Virus record (IMG/VR): IMGVR_UViG_3300020186_000013
Coordinates: 144,146 to 208,145 of that record
Length of the DNA: 64,000 nucleotides
Strand: one strand, 5' to 3'
Made by a program: the position numbers and the translations under genes
Notes under the pieces: model-generated
The model's input: only the letters and a program-made list of their open reading frames with translations
Database searches by the model: none
Told to the model about the DNA's origin: nothing
Shown: in pieces, positions 27,296 through 36,551 of the stretch
How positions within the stretch are numbered: the stretch's first letter is position 1
Layout of the letters: each line of letters begins with the position of its first letter

Positions 27296-27667
27296 TCACC
27301 GCACGAAGATGTGCATGTAGCGGCGTCCGTCCCGTCCCAAGGCCCAGGCCGCTCCCGCAAAGCGGTAGCGGTCGTAGGTACAGCAGGCACCCCAGCCGAG
27401 GTGCGGTGGCCATGCGGCACAACCAGCGGCGGACGCCGATGTGCTGACAGGCAAGGCCGTGAAATCGTTGGCGGTGTGGCCCTGGATCAGTCGGGCGGCT
27501 CGGAAGTCGGCGATGTTCTTGGCCCCCGCCGTCAGGTTGGGGTCCTCGATAAACGGCGGGAGGCCACGTGCGGCCCGTGCGGCGTTGACCTCTGCAAGGG
27601 CGTCGTCGGCGGCGAGGCTGATCGACGCGGTCACCACGCACACGATGAGGGTAGCGATCCAACGCAT
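27296..27667 (-). CDS. Secreted CAP/SCP-like domain protein (divergent)
   Basis: Signal peptide MRWIATLIVCVVTASISLA; ALAEVNAARAARGLPPF..DPNLTAGA. Confidence 0.65.
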   Translation of the reverse strand: MRWIATLIVCVVTASISLAADDALAEVNAARAARGLPPFIEDPNLTAGAKNIADFRAARLIQGHTANDFTALPVSTSASAAGCAAWPPHLGWGACCTYDRYRFAGAAWALGRDGRRYMHIFVR

Positions 27668-27680
27668 TCTTCGTCTCCTG

Positions 27681-28853
27681 TCACTCGGGAACAGGTGGCC
27701 TCGGCCGAGGGAACACGTCGTTCTTCTCATGCGGCATCGGGGCCACCTCCACTTGCCTGAACTCAGCCTTCTTACCGGGGATGAGTCCACGCTTAATGGC
27801 TTCTTCCTCGCTGATCCGTTCGAGGCCACGCTTCTTCAGCTCCTCGTCGGACAGCTTCTCCAGCTCCTTCGGGTCGAGGGAGTTGGCGAGCGGCATCCGC
27901 ATTGCCTTCAGCATCCACTCCGCTTCACTCACCTTCTTGGTAGTGCCGTCGAGCAAGAATAGCAAGAACTGCCCGTCCCGCAAGGGCACGGCCAACCTCA
28001 CCTGGTGGAGGTCCTGGGCCTTGTATACCACACCGCCGTCAGACGCCCGACGGATACATATCGGCTCGCCCGTGGGATCGAAGCCCGAAGCGTTCATGAA
28101 CACGACCAGGGGGAAGTCGGTGTCCTTAATCAGGGCCTTGTACGGGGCAAGACGATCGGGCTGCTGAGCGTTGTCCTCGGCCGTGATGTAGGCGGCGGCG
28201 AGACCGTCGGCCGGGACCTCGGTGCCGTTGACGTAGGTGTACCGCACCAGGCCGTGCCGCTGGTCGAAGTCGACCGTGATCTTAGGCTCCTCCTCGAATG
28301 GCTGCACCTTCCAGGTGGCCATCGACGTCTGGCCGGAGATCTTGTCGTACAGCGGGGAGCCGAGACGTTTGTCCCGGAAGAAGAACGCCAGCAGGATAAT
28401 GACGGGCACGGACAACAACCACCGCAGCCAACGCGGCCACTTCTTGGGCTCGGGCAGGCCGAGTTCCTTGACCACTTCCTTCGCGGCCCCCGCGACCTCT
28501 TCGGGAGTCTTGGGGTTGTAATAGTTGGGCTTCTTCTTGTCGTCAGGCACGTCCGTGTCCTCCTCAAAGCTGGTTTCTACATCCCTGTACCGGCTCGCAA
28601 GCACCGAGACCACGCGGTCCGACCGGCCGAGGGCGATCACGACATCGTTGTACCCGAGAGCCCCCTGCACGGTCCCGATCTGGGCGTGGATCAGGTCCAG
28701 TTCAGCGTCCGACGGCGGCGGGTCGAGGAACGTCAACGCTGGACCGATCGACGGCCAGTCCTCGCGGCCCAACTCGAAAATGTCATACGGCAGACCGTTG
28801 ACGACTACCGAATAGCAGGTGATGACGATACGCCCGGCGATGCTGTCGTGCAT
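27681..28853 (-). CDS. Membrane-anchored hypothetical protein (possible internal GTG start near 28550)
   Basis: TM WLLSVPVIILLAFFF; strong internal GAGGAGG SD before VPDDKKK. Confidence 0.65.
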   Translation of the reverse strand: MHDSIAGRIVITCYSVVVNGLPYDIFELGREDWPSIGPALTFLDPPPSDAELDLIHAQIGTVQGALGYNDVVIALGRSDRVVSVLASRYRDVETSFEEDTDVPDDKKKPNYYNPKTPEEVAGAAKEVVKELGLPEPKKWPRWLRWLLSVPVIILLAFFFRDKRLGSPLYDKISGQTSMATWKVQPFEEEPKITVDFDQRHGLVRYTYVNGTEVPADGLAAAYITAEDNAQQPDRLAPYKALIKDTDFPLVVFMNASGFDPTGEPICIRRASDGGVVYKAQDLHQVRLAVPLRDGQFLLFLLDGTTKKVSEAEWMLKAMRMPLANSLDPKELEKLSDEELKKRGLERISEEEAIKRGLIPGKKAEFRQVEVAPMPHEKNDVFPRPRPPVPE

Positions 28854-29743
28854 TCGGCTAACTCCTTGCCGAGGGTCTCGCGAACTTCAATGTTCTTGGC
28901 CCACGCCGCCAGCAGGATGCGGGGATCGACCCCGAGCTTCCTCGCCTCGTGGATCAGGCTGTTGATGTCCTTGGGCAGACACGCACCGCCGAAGCCGAGT
29001 TCGCCGTCGTGGCCCGGCACGTCCCAGTGGGTGTCGCCCATCCGACTGTCAAGACACGCCACACTGATCGTCCGGGCGTAGTTGATCTGCGTCGCATCAC
29101 AGATCTGGCGGATCTCGTTGGCGAAGGCGACCTTGGTAGCGAAGAAGGCGTTGGTCGCCATCTTCACCATCTCCATGACCTTGGCCTCGTCGACGCAGAT
29201 GGCGGCAAACGGGAACGCCTTGGAGTAGATGGTCTTGGCCGTCCTCATTCCCTCATCGAGCATGCCGCCCAGAAGAACGTGCTTCTGGTCGAGGAACTCC
29301 TTGACAGCAGTCTTGGCCGAGGAAAACTCAGGGTTGAACACCACGTCCAAGTTGCGGTACTTGGCGTTCAGGGCGTCCGTCGTGCCCGGCGGCACGGTCG
29401 ACTTCAGGAGAACAGTGCGTCGTGCGGTCGGCAGGCTGTGGGCGTTCAACTGGGCACAGACCTTGTGCACGATCGACGTGTCACAGCTGCCGTCCGGGTT
29501 CATGGACGTCGGGACGCACACGAAGACCGGGCCGTGCCGCAGAACGGCCATCATGTCCCCGACCGACGGGAACTCAGACTTCGTGGGGTCGGTGTCGTAC
29601 CGATACAGGCGGTAGTGGCCGTAAAACCCCGCCGCCACCGCGTACCCAATGATGCCGTACCCAACGATACCGAGCATGGTGTGCCGCCGCTGAATCTCAT
29701 AAGTCGCGGAGAAGTCCTTCGTCCAGCCGGGGAAACTGTCCAC
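28805..29743 (-). CDS. ugd: UDP-glucose/GDP-mannose dehydrogenase family, short form lacking the C-terminal domain
   Basis: GIVGYGIIG, FVCVPT, KSTVPPGTT, FNPEF, EMVKMATNAFFATKVAFANEI, catalytic GFGGACLPKD. Confidence 0.9.
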   Translation of the reverse strand: MDSFPGWTKDFSATYEIQRRHTMLGIVGYGIIGYAVAAGFYGHYRLYRYDTDPTKSEFPSVGDMMAVLRHGPVFVCVPTSMNPDGSCDTSIVHKVCAQLNAHSLPTARRTVLLKSTVPPGTTDALNAKYRNLDVVFNPEFSSAKTAVKEFLDQKHVLLGGMLDEGMRTAKTIYSKAFPFAAICVDEAKVMEMVKMATNAFFATKVAFANEIRQICDATQINYARTISVACLDSRMGDTHWDVPGHDGELGFGGACLPKDINSLIHEARKLGVDPRILLAAWAKNIEVRETLGKELAECTTASPGVSSSPAIR

Positions 29744-29752
29744 GATGATCTC

Positions 29753-30157
29753 CTAGCTATCCGCCCGCAAGACGTTGAGGGCGTCTTCAATGTGAAACGC
29801 CGCCTGTTTCGACTTGGCGTCGGTCTGCTCCCGCGACCGTGTACGGTCGAGCAGGATGGCTAACAGGGCCTCGTCGGTGAGGCCGTGGGTGCCCTCAGAC
29901 CGGAACTCCAGCACCGTCTGGGACAGCGATTCATCCGAGCTCAAGTGGGACGGCTGGGCACACGGCTTGGGTGGGGTGTCAGGGCCGCTTGGCGGGGCGT
30001 CCGGGTTGCCCGGCTTGTCGTCGGTGCTGAGCCTGGGCACCGACACGCGATACGTGCCAGGCTGTAACGCCTCGACCGTGACGTGCTCGTTGTCACCGCG
30101 ACCAACGCGGTGAGTAGTGATCTCGCGGGCGAGCCAGCAGGCTTCGGGAGCGACCAT
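29753..30157 (-). CDS. Tad1/Acb2-like nucleotide-signal sponge candidate
   Basis: VLEF....THGLTDEALLAILLDR...AAFHIEDALNVL resembles, from memory, the Tad1 core HGVIDSDLLEIVRDR...ALTHVEEALMW. Confidence 0.5.
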   Translation of the reverse strand: MVAPEACWLAREITTHRVGRGDNEHVTVEALQPGTYRVSVPRLSTDDKPGNPDAPPSGPDTPPKPCAQPSHLSSDESLSQTVLEFRSEGTHGLTDEALLAILLDRTRSREQTDAKSKQAAFHIEDALNVLRADS

Positions 30158-30208
30158 GTTGTTCCTCCAGGGGTGACAGGTGGGCAGAGAAAAGGATACT
30201 CAACCCGG

Positions 30209-31012
30209 TCACGAACCGCCAGCCGGACGCTGCTGCGGCTGTCCCGGCTCTCCAGGGGCGTGGCAGTGGACAACGTCACCGGGCTTGAACAATTGCCAGA
30301 CGTAGCAGGGCCGCAGGCTGCCCACAAGGTACTGCTTGTACCAATCCCGCCAATGGATGCAATCGCCCTCGTGACCGGGGTACTGCAACATCGCCTCTCC
30401 CCCATTCTTCACCTTACGCTCGAACTGGGCATAGCTGCGGAGCGGGTAGTGGTGCATCTCCAATGCCGGACTCGTGACGACGTCGCCGGTAAGCCCCTCG
30501 ACGGCGTGCAACCCCTGGGCCACGTGGACGAACATCGACGGCCGGTGGATCACACGCGGGTGGTTGTCCTGGAGCACGCAGAACGGGAAGTCCTTCGGGT
30601 CGAACGGACCAACTCGGTCGGGCTCACCCTGCACGGGCTTGTGAATCCACGTCCGACCCCGGTCGAGGAAGACCGTAGACACGTTCGCGGGCACGGTCTC
30701 CAGGTAGGAGAGGTGCCCCCAGAACTCGTCGGCGTCCAGGTGCATGACCCAGTCGGGCTTGTACCTCTGGGCGATGTACTTCGCCAGCCCCGTGATCCAC
30801 TTCGACTGCTCGTAGGTGTGGTTGGGTTGATCGAACACGTCGAGGACATGGGGCCACTTCCACTGCAACTCGTCGAGCAACTCCCTGGTCCCGTCCGTGC
30901 TGCCGTTGTCCATGATGACGAAGCCGTCCACCCCGCGTTCGTGGTGGTGGCGGATATTGGCCTCGACGATCTCGACCTCGTCCCGGACGAGGAGGGTGGC
31001 GACGATCTTCAT
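30209..31012 (-). CDS. Glycosyltransferase GT2 (Glyco_tranf_2_4-like)
   Basis: VRDEVEIVEANIRHH...GVDGFVIMDNGSTDGT...DWVMHLDADEFW. Confidence 0.85.
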   Translation of the reverse strand: MKIVATLLVRDEVEIVEANIRHHHERGVDGFVIMDNGSTDGTRELLDELQWKWPHVLDVFDQPNHTYEQSKWITGLAKYIAQRYKPDWVMHLDADEFWGHLSYLETVPANVSTVFLDRGRTWIHKPVQGEPDRVGPFDPKDFPFCVLQDNHPRVIHRPSMFVHVAQGLHAVEGLTGDVVTSPALEMHHYPLRSYAQFERKVKNGGEAMLQYPGHEGDCIHWRDWYKQYLVGSLRPCYVWQLFKPGDVVHCHAPGEPGQPQQRPAGGS

Positions 31013-31341
31013 TGGTTCAGCTTGCCTTCTGGGCCGGGAGGCTTGTTGCAGTTTTCGAGTGCCGCCTTCAAAAAGTCGGCCGACGTCTTCTCGTTGTCGA
31101 CGATGCGGAACTGCTTCTTCACCTCGCAGAAGAACGCTTCGGCACTGGCCGTGTCGGACGCACCCAGGTGCATCCACTTCGCCTGCCACACCTTCCAGTC
31201 CAGAAAGAACGTGTGGATGAGAGCATGGGCCTCGAATGACGCCAATGTGAACTGCTGGTCGTGGTCGGCGTGCTTCGCCTTCGGGGGCATGTCCTTACCG
31301 GCGACCGGCGGGTACAAAGCGTACGGGTTCGTCGAACTCAC
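31009..31341 (-). CDS. Hypothetical protein (110 aa)
   Basis: Coding-like ORF coupled to both neighbours. Confidence 0.65.
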   Translation of the reverse strand: MSSTNPYALYPPVAGKDMPPKAKHADHDQQFTLASFEAHALIHTFFLDWKVWQAKWMHLGASDTASAEAFFCEVKKQFRIVDNEKTSADFLKAALENCNKPPGPEGKLNQ

Positions 31342-32243
31342 GTCGACTCCTTCGCAAGGCGTGCGACGCGGTCCCGCAGGTACTCGACCGAGTCGTGGAC
31401 GGTGAGGGTCTCCCAGCCCGGACAGCCAGGGCCGACGATCGCGGTCACCAGGAACGGATCAGACGTCATGCAGGCTCGTAGCATGAGCCGCTGCCACGGC
31501 CGGTCGTGGCTATCGAGGACGAGCTTCAGCTTGTAGTCCGGCACGGCCAGTCGCTTCTCGGCAGCACGAGCTTCGATCGCGACCTGTCGCAGGCCCTTCT
31601 TGTGCAGCTCCTTCATCCGCTCGAACGACTGCTGTTGCCGATTGGCGGGCAGACCGACGCCGAACCAGTTCTGCCGCACCTCGCCGAAGTGCGTCACGCG
31701 GAAACCGAGATCGACCCAACGGGCCTTGGGCCACTTCTCCAGGAACTCCACGTCGTAGTTGCCGGCGTGGGAGTGCCACGTGTCGAACATCGGCCAGCAC
31801 TGGCACGCCGGATCATTGGCGTTCCACATCTGGAAATACCCGTACGGCCACGGGTCGTGGTCGACAATCAGCTTGCCCTTCTCGTCATACCGGCGGGCAC
31901 CGGCGATCGTGCCGGGCTTGAAGTTCTTCTCGGCGATCTTCCGCCAGTTGGTCTGAGGCATGATGTCGGAGTCGAAGTGCAGGACGTGGGCGTGGGGGTC
32001 CATCGCGGCGTAGGCGACGTTAAGGGCGGCACCCTTGTTGAATGCGGCACCGAACTTGCCGAAGACGTCCGTGGTCACCACCCGGATTCGACGGTACTTA
32101 TTGCACACGTCGATGACGGTCTTATCCTCGGGCTTGGTCACCACCGTTAGGCTGTCGAGGGTGTCCATCCAGATCGGGAGGGACTGCCGCAGGTAGTTGG
32201 CGTAGACGGGGCCGACGCAACACGTGAAGGCATCAATTTCCAT
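31338..32243 (-). CDS. GT-A-fold glycosyltransferase
   Basis: FNKGAALNVAY...VLHFDSDIMP; PYGYFQMW; YDVEF. Confidence 0.75.
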   Translation of the reverse strand: MEIDAFTCCVGPVYANYLRQSLPIWMDTLDSLTVVTKPEDKTVIDVCNKYRRIRVVTTDVFGKFGAAFNKGAALNVAYAAMDPHAHVLHFDSDIMPQTNWRKIAEKNFKPGTIAGARRYDEKGKLIVDHDPWPYGYFQMWNANDPACQCWPMFDTWHSHAGNYDVEFLEKWPKARWVDLGFRVTHFGEVRQNWFGVGLPANRQQQSFERMKELHKKGLRQVAIEARAAEKRLAVPDYKLKLVLDSHDRPWQRLMLRACMTSDPFLVTAIVGPGCPGWETLTVHDSVEYLRDRVARLAKEST

Positions 32244-32925
32244 TGGGCTTCCTGGCAACGCAGTACAAGAAGTTTTCGTGCTCGACGACCTTCTTCATAA
32301 CGATCTTGACGTCCTCAAACCCCAACCGCGTCAGCACGTAGCGGAGGGAGTCGGCGGTGTAGAACCACAGGTGGTCGGGGTTCGTCAAGTCCGTATCGTC
32401 GGGCACGATAAGATACAGCGGACGGCCCGGTGCGAGCAACCGGTACATCTCTCGCAGGGCTCCCGGCGAGTCCGGCATATGCTCGGCGGCGTGAGCACAC
32501 AGCACCAACTGGGCCTGCCCGGTGGCTGCCGCCTCCAACTCCTCGAAGCACCGGTTCTCCATGTGCACGTGGTGGTTGTCCCGCATCCACTGAGCCGCCC
32601 ACGGGTCGGGCTCGAAGCCGACGTAGCTGTAGCCAAGCGACTTCAGGTGACTCACGTACGGGCTAACCCCCGTGCCGATCTCAACGGCCATGCCGCCGCC
32701 CGGCGGGGCGGGCGGCAGCTTACCGAGGGCACCCGTCAACTCTTCAAGGTACTTGCCCGGACAGAACGTCCCGTTGACCAGCGAACCCAAGCTCTCGTAA
32801 TACACCTGTCCCCCCGACGGGTGGTCCCGCCGGTACTGAACATGGTGGGCACACTTCTTCACCGACTTGGTCGCGTACCAAGTCGGGTCGGGAGTAGTGA
32901 CGCAGCCGCAGGGGTGCTTGGTCAT
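32233..32925 (-). CDS. Class I SAM-dependent methyltransferase with N-terminal Cys/His motif
   Basis: VEIGTGVS, YVGFEPD, LVLCAHAAEHMPDSPGALREMYRLLAPG..LYLIVPD. Confidence 0.85.
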   Translation of the reverse strand: MTKHPCGCVTTPDPTWYATKSVKKCAHHVQYRRDHPSGGQVYYESLGSLVNGTFCPGKYLEELTGALGKLPPAPPGGGMAVEIGTGVSPYVSHLKSLGYSYVGFEPDPWAAQWMRDNHHVHMENRCFEELEAAATGQAQLVLCAHAAEHMPDSPGALREMYRLLAPGRPLYLIVPDDTDLTNPDHLWFYTADSLRYVLTRLGFEDVKIVMKKVVEHENFLYCVARKPNGN

Positions 32926-33866
32926 TTGATTGCCGAGTTCTCGATGTAGTTCGTGACCAACTTCAACGTCTTCGCGGCCGGTGCCGTGTCGAGGGTGATG
33001 AGTTCCACCCGGCGGTTCTTGTCCTTGGGCTTGTAGATGCCCGCGTGGGTCTGGCTGACCTCCTCGAACTCGCCGTCGCAGGCCAGTTGCCCGAACCGTC
33101 GCAGAGGAACACCGCACCGGTGACAGTGAAACTTCACCTGCTTGGCAAACGCCTCGATGCTGGAACGCCACCACCCCTCCACGATCGGCACGCCCAGGTC
33201 GGGCCACTCAGGGTCATCGGCGTGCAACATCGCCTGGGCACCCATGATCTCGCACAGGTAACCCCGCAGGCCCCGGCCCGGCACGGCACAGATCATGGCC
33301 GACCAGTTCTGGTTGACGTCGCAGTTGGCGATCATCTCCCACCGCTTGCCCTCGTCGGGCTCGACGTCCATCATCGCCACGAACGGCGGCGAGTGCCGGG
33401 AGTCCGTGTCGTGGCCCTTGAGCTGCTTGCGACACTCCGGCCAGTCCCGGTAGAACTCGTCGTACGCAACCTGGTCCATGTGGACGTTCAGGTTGCTGAC
33501 CTCGGGGTTGAACGTGATGCGGGCAGCCTTGCCCTTCCCGAACAGCTTGTTGCACCACAGCCCGCACTGCTCCTGGGGGATGTGCTTGCGGAGGATGGTG
33601 CACAGCTCCTCGAACTTCGGGTGCATCGCCGGGTTGCCGCCGAAGATGCCCACGACCCCGAAGTAGTCCTTGAGGCTGACCACGGCCTGCTCGAACTCCT
33701 CGGTGGTGATGTAGACGTTCTTGCCGCCGAGGTTGCTCCCCTGCGTACAGCCGAAGCACTGCTTGTCGCAGGCACGGGTGATGTGGATCTGGAGGATGCC
33801 GTTACGCCAGCACTTCCGCTTCATGCTGGGCGTCACCATCTTCGCCAAGGCTTCCTGCTCGGTCAT
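32922..33866 (-). CDS. Radical SAM enzyme
   Basis: IHITRACDKQCFGC (CxxxCxxC); GIFGGNPAMHPKF; Cys-rich C-terminus (LCE...CHRCG). Confidence 0.85.
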   Translation of the reverse strand: MTEQEALAKMVTPSMKRKCWRNGILQIHITRACDKQCFGCTQGSNLGGKNVYITTEEFEQAVVSLKDYFGVVGIFGGNPAMHPKFEELCTILRKHIPQEQCGLWCNKLFGKGKAARITFNPEVSNLNVHMDQVAYDEFYRDWPECRKQLKGHDTDSRHSPPFVAMMDVEPDEGKRWEMIANCDVNQNWSAMICAVPGRGLRGYLCEIMGAQAMLHADDPEWPDLGVPIVEGWWRSSIEAFAKQVKFHCHRCGVPLRRFGQLACDGEFEEVSQTHAGIYKPKDKNRRVELITLDTAPAAKTLKLVTNYIENSAIK

Positions 33867-33885
33867 GTCTCACTCCGTTGAGGGT

Positions 33886-34500
33886 TCAGTAATCCGCCGT
33901 CGGTCGAACGTACGACGGCGGCGGGTCGGCGGACTTTGGGTAGAACAGCTTATCCTGTTCGTGCATGACCCGGAAGACCGCTCGGATGGCGTCGACCGGG
34001 ACGCCGTCGTACACCATCACGATCGCCACCCGTCGGGACACCCGGCGGTACTCGGCGTACGACCGCGTGTCGTTGTACAGCACGCACGTCAGCGGCACGT
34101 GCTTCCAGTACCGGGTCTGCTCCAGGTAAGGCTTGAACGTCGCCGAGGCCCACCGGAACACGAAGGTCGACTTCTCGTCGTAGCACTTCTTCTCGACGTT
34201 GTACCACAGGGCGTCGATGTAGGGGAAGTCCGCGAACTCCGCGTCGACCAGGGCCTCGGCCGTCAGCCACCGCCTCCCGTTGAGCCGGTTGATGACGCAG
34301 ACCGCCCGCATCCGCACCTCGGCGTCCTCGCTAGTCGCCGCCGCGTGCTTGAGCTTGGCGACCACCGCCTCGCCCCGGTACATCAGGTCGGCCGTCGCCC
34401 GCTCGCGGACGCGGTACTCCTTGTCGCCCAGTTCGACAATCAGGCGGTCGACAGGGTCTACGTGGATGGCCAGCACTACGGCCAAGATGAAACCGATCAT
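33886..34500 (-). CDS. Signal-peptide protein with a planctomycete-type HEAT-like repeat
   Basis: MIGFILAVVLA; LIVELGDKEYRVRERATADL...SEDAEVRMRA. Confidence 0.65.
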   Translation of the reverse strand: MIGFILAVVLAIHVDPVDRLIVELGDKEYRVRERATADLMYRGEAVVAKLKHAAATSEDAEVRMRAVCVINRLNGRRWLTAEALVDAEFADFPYIDALWYNVEKKCYDEKSTFVFRWASATFKPYLEQTRYWKHVPLTCVLYNDTRSYAEYRRVSRRVAIVMVYDGVPVDAIRAVFRVMHEQDKLFYPKSADPPPSYVRPTADY

Positions 34501-34513
34501 TGGCGGTCCTCCG

Positions 34514-34981
34514 TTACACACCTTTCACTCCCCGAGGATGCAGTATGCGGTGCACCCGCTTGAGCTGTTTAACCATCTTCGGGATCTCGTGTTGCTCTAG
34601 GGTGACCCGTCCTTGCGTCACACTACTGGTGTAAGTCACAGCCCAATCAGCCCGTGGCATACTCTTGTTCGGGACCGTACCGTCGTACAGCGTTGCCAGC
34701 AGCTTGTCGATGAACGCGGCGATGGCTTGACCACTACCGTCACCCACAGTGAAGCGGACCCACGCAGAATCGCGTTCTCGGTCCCAACCAGGAAACCTCT
34801 CGCCTTTCTTCGGTCTGAGCATTTCCGCCATGGTCGGTGTTCGCGTGCCCTGACAGGAGTAGAGAGTGGCGACCTCTGGGAACAACAACAGAGCTTTAAC
34901 CAGAGGGGCAATCAACACGTCGACAGGGGATCGTACGGTGACCAGGATAGTCGGGTGTTCTTTCTTCACAACGACTCGCAT
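34514..34981 (-). CDS. Hypothetical phage protein (VD..IAPLV..L...V.TLYSCQG motif)
   Basis: Coding-like ORF. Confidence 0.6.
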   Translation of the reverse strand: MRVVVKKEHPTILVTVRSPVDVLIAPLVKALLLFPEVATLYSCQGTRTPTMAEMLRPKKGERFPGWDRERDSAWVRFTVGDGSGQAIAAFIDKLLATLYDGTVPNKSMPRADWAVTYTSSVTQGRVTLEQHEIPKMVKQLKRVHRILHPRGVKGV

Positions 34982-34990
34982 GGTGTGGTC

Positions 34991-35782
34991 TCAGGAGATT
35001 GGTCCGCCGTTGCGGACGATGATCTTCGGGTCTGCCTTCGTCTGCTCCAGGAGCTTCCTGTTCTGGGGGATGCGATTGATCTGCATCTGGCACTTCGGGT
35101 GGTCCATGTGGTAGACCGTCGGGTCGGTGAGCACCCGGTAGCGGACGCCCGCCCGGAAGCACCGCAGGCCGAACTCCTGGTCCTCGGCACCCGAGCCAAG
35201 CATCTCCTCCCACATGCCGCCGACGGACTTGGCGATTGCAGTGGGTAAACCCAGGTGGCACGTCCACAGGTAGCCCTGGATCTCCCACTTGTTATCCCGC
35301 ACCAGCTCGGCCATCCGCCGCTGGTGCTTGGCCTCGTGCCGCTGCTCGGGCCGAGCCGGGACCAACCGCTTGATGTCGGCCAGGTGCCGGTCGGTGAGCT
35401 GCTTGACAACTTCGAGGGCCACGAACCGACGGAAGCCAATGACGCCACCGTTGCCCCCGACGGTCGCGTGGCGGGCCACCAGGTCAGCCGGGCACAGGCA
35501 ATCGTCGTCGACGATAAGCAGGCGAGGTGCCTCGGAGTGCTTGATGCCGACATTGCGGGTCGCGGCGGCTCCGCACGGCTGGTGGCCGGGCTCGCGAGTC
35601 CAGTGGTGCTGGATGCGGAGCCGGTTCTTGAAGCGTTCGACGAGTTCAATCGTACTTGTGTCGCCGCCGTCGTTTACCACATGAACCTGGAAGTCCTTCT
35701 CCGACTGGAGGGCTAGGCTCTTGAGAGTCTTCTCCAGATAGAAGTTCTTCTTGTGCGTCGCGATGACCACGGAGACCTTCAT
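34991..35782 (-). CDS. Glycosyltransferase GT2 with GT7C-like C-terminus
   Basis: VSVVIATH...LALQSEKDFQVHVVNDGG...AAATRNVGIK...LLIVDDDCL; GAEDQEFGLR. Confidence 0.9.
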   Translation of the reverse strand: MKVSVVIATHKKNFYLEKTLKSLALQSEKDFQVHVVNDGGDTSTIELVERFKNRLRIQHHWTREPGHQPCGAAATRNVGIKHSEAPRLLIVDDDCLCPADLVARHATVGGNGGVIGFRRFVALEVVKQLTDRHLADIKRLVPARPEQRHEAKHQRRMAELVRDNKWEIQGYLWTCHLGLPTAIAKSVGGMWEEMLGSGAEDQEFGLRCFRAGVRYRVLTDPTVYHMDHPKCQMQINRIPQNRKLLEQTKADPKIIVRNGGPIS

Positions 35783-35957
35783 AGCCGACCTTCTTGTAGC
35801 CCAACGCCTTGGCGACGTTGAGGACGTCGATGAACGACGGGAACCGCACCTTCTTCTCGACCATGAAGCGTCGCACCGCCTGCATGAACTCGATCTCGTC
35901 GGGCGTGTACTCCGAGCCGACGGAGGTCTTGCTCAGCCCGTGGTTGGCGTCCGCCAT
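35646..35957 (-). CDS. Small planctomycete-like conserved protein (Y..DE.EFM.A......RFPS..DVL......GY); the 3' tail overlaps the next gene
   Basis: EYTPDEIEFMQAVRRFMVEKKVRFPSFIDVLNVAKALGYKKV; family recalled from planctomycete genomes, not searched. Confidence 0.55.
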   Translation of the reverse strand: MADANHGLSKTSVGSEYTPDEIEFMQAVRRFMVEKKVRFPSFIDVLNVAKALGYKKVGYEGLRGHRDAQEELLSGEDSQEPSPPVGEGLPGSCGKRRRRHKYD

Positions 35958-36517
35958 CACGCCCTCCAGCGAGTGACCCCGCCAGCCGTGTGCGTGAACG
36001 TCGAGGTGACCCCGCTGGCCAACTGCATCGACGACGGCGGCTGCCCAAAGACGACGCACCAGTAGATCCACCCCTTGGCCGACACGGCAACCCCAAATCC
36101 AACATTCCAGTAGGCGGGGTTGAGAATGTTGTTGCGGTGCGGCGGTGAACCGATCCAGTCCCGGAACACGGACGCGGGCGTCGTCTGCCCGGCGGCGATG
36201 TTCTCGCCGCACGAGCGGTACAGGTAGCCCGCCGTTGCAATGCGGTCGCTGACCACCGGCTCGCCCGGCAACTGGTGCGACATGCGGTCGGCCTTGGCCA
36301 TCGCGTCAGCGTGGACCTGGGCTGCCGTGCACAGCTTGCCGTTGAGCAACAGGATCGAGACGCGGCGTTCCGCCCGGTAGTCGTTGTGGAGAATGAGCAG
36401 CTTCGCCGCCGTCTCGTTGGCCGAGGGCGGTTGAGTCGGCCACGGGTTGGTGTTGGGAGGCAGTGGCTCGGGTCGCTTGCCGAAGAGAACCCAGGCAAAC
36501 CACTCACGCCACGTCAT
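35957..36517 (-). CDS. CAP (SCP/YkwD) domain protein
   Basis: HNDYRA...LCTAAQVHADAM...MSH...GENIAAGQ...WIGSPPHRNNILN...VGFG. Confidence 0.9.
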   Translation of the reverse strand: MTWREWFAWVLFGKRPEPLPPNTNPWPTQPPSANETAAKLLILHNDYRAERRVSILLLNGKLCTAAQVHADAMAKADRMSHQLPGEPVVSDRIATAGYLYRSCGENIAAGQTTPASVFRDWIGSPPHRNNILNPAYWNVGFGVAVSAKGWIYWCVVFGQPPSSMQLASGVTSTFTHTAGGVTRWRA

Positions 36518-36551
36518 GCTGTTGTCCACGTTCGCCTCCTTGCGAGTTAGA

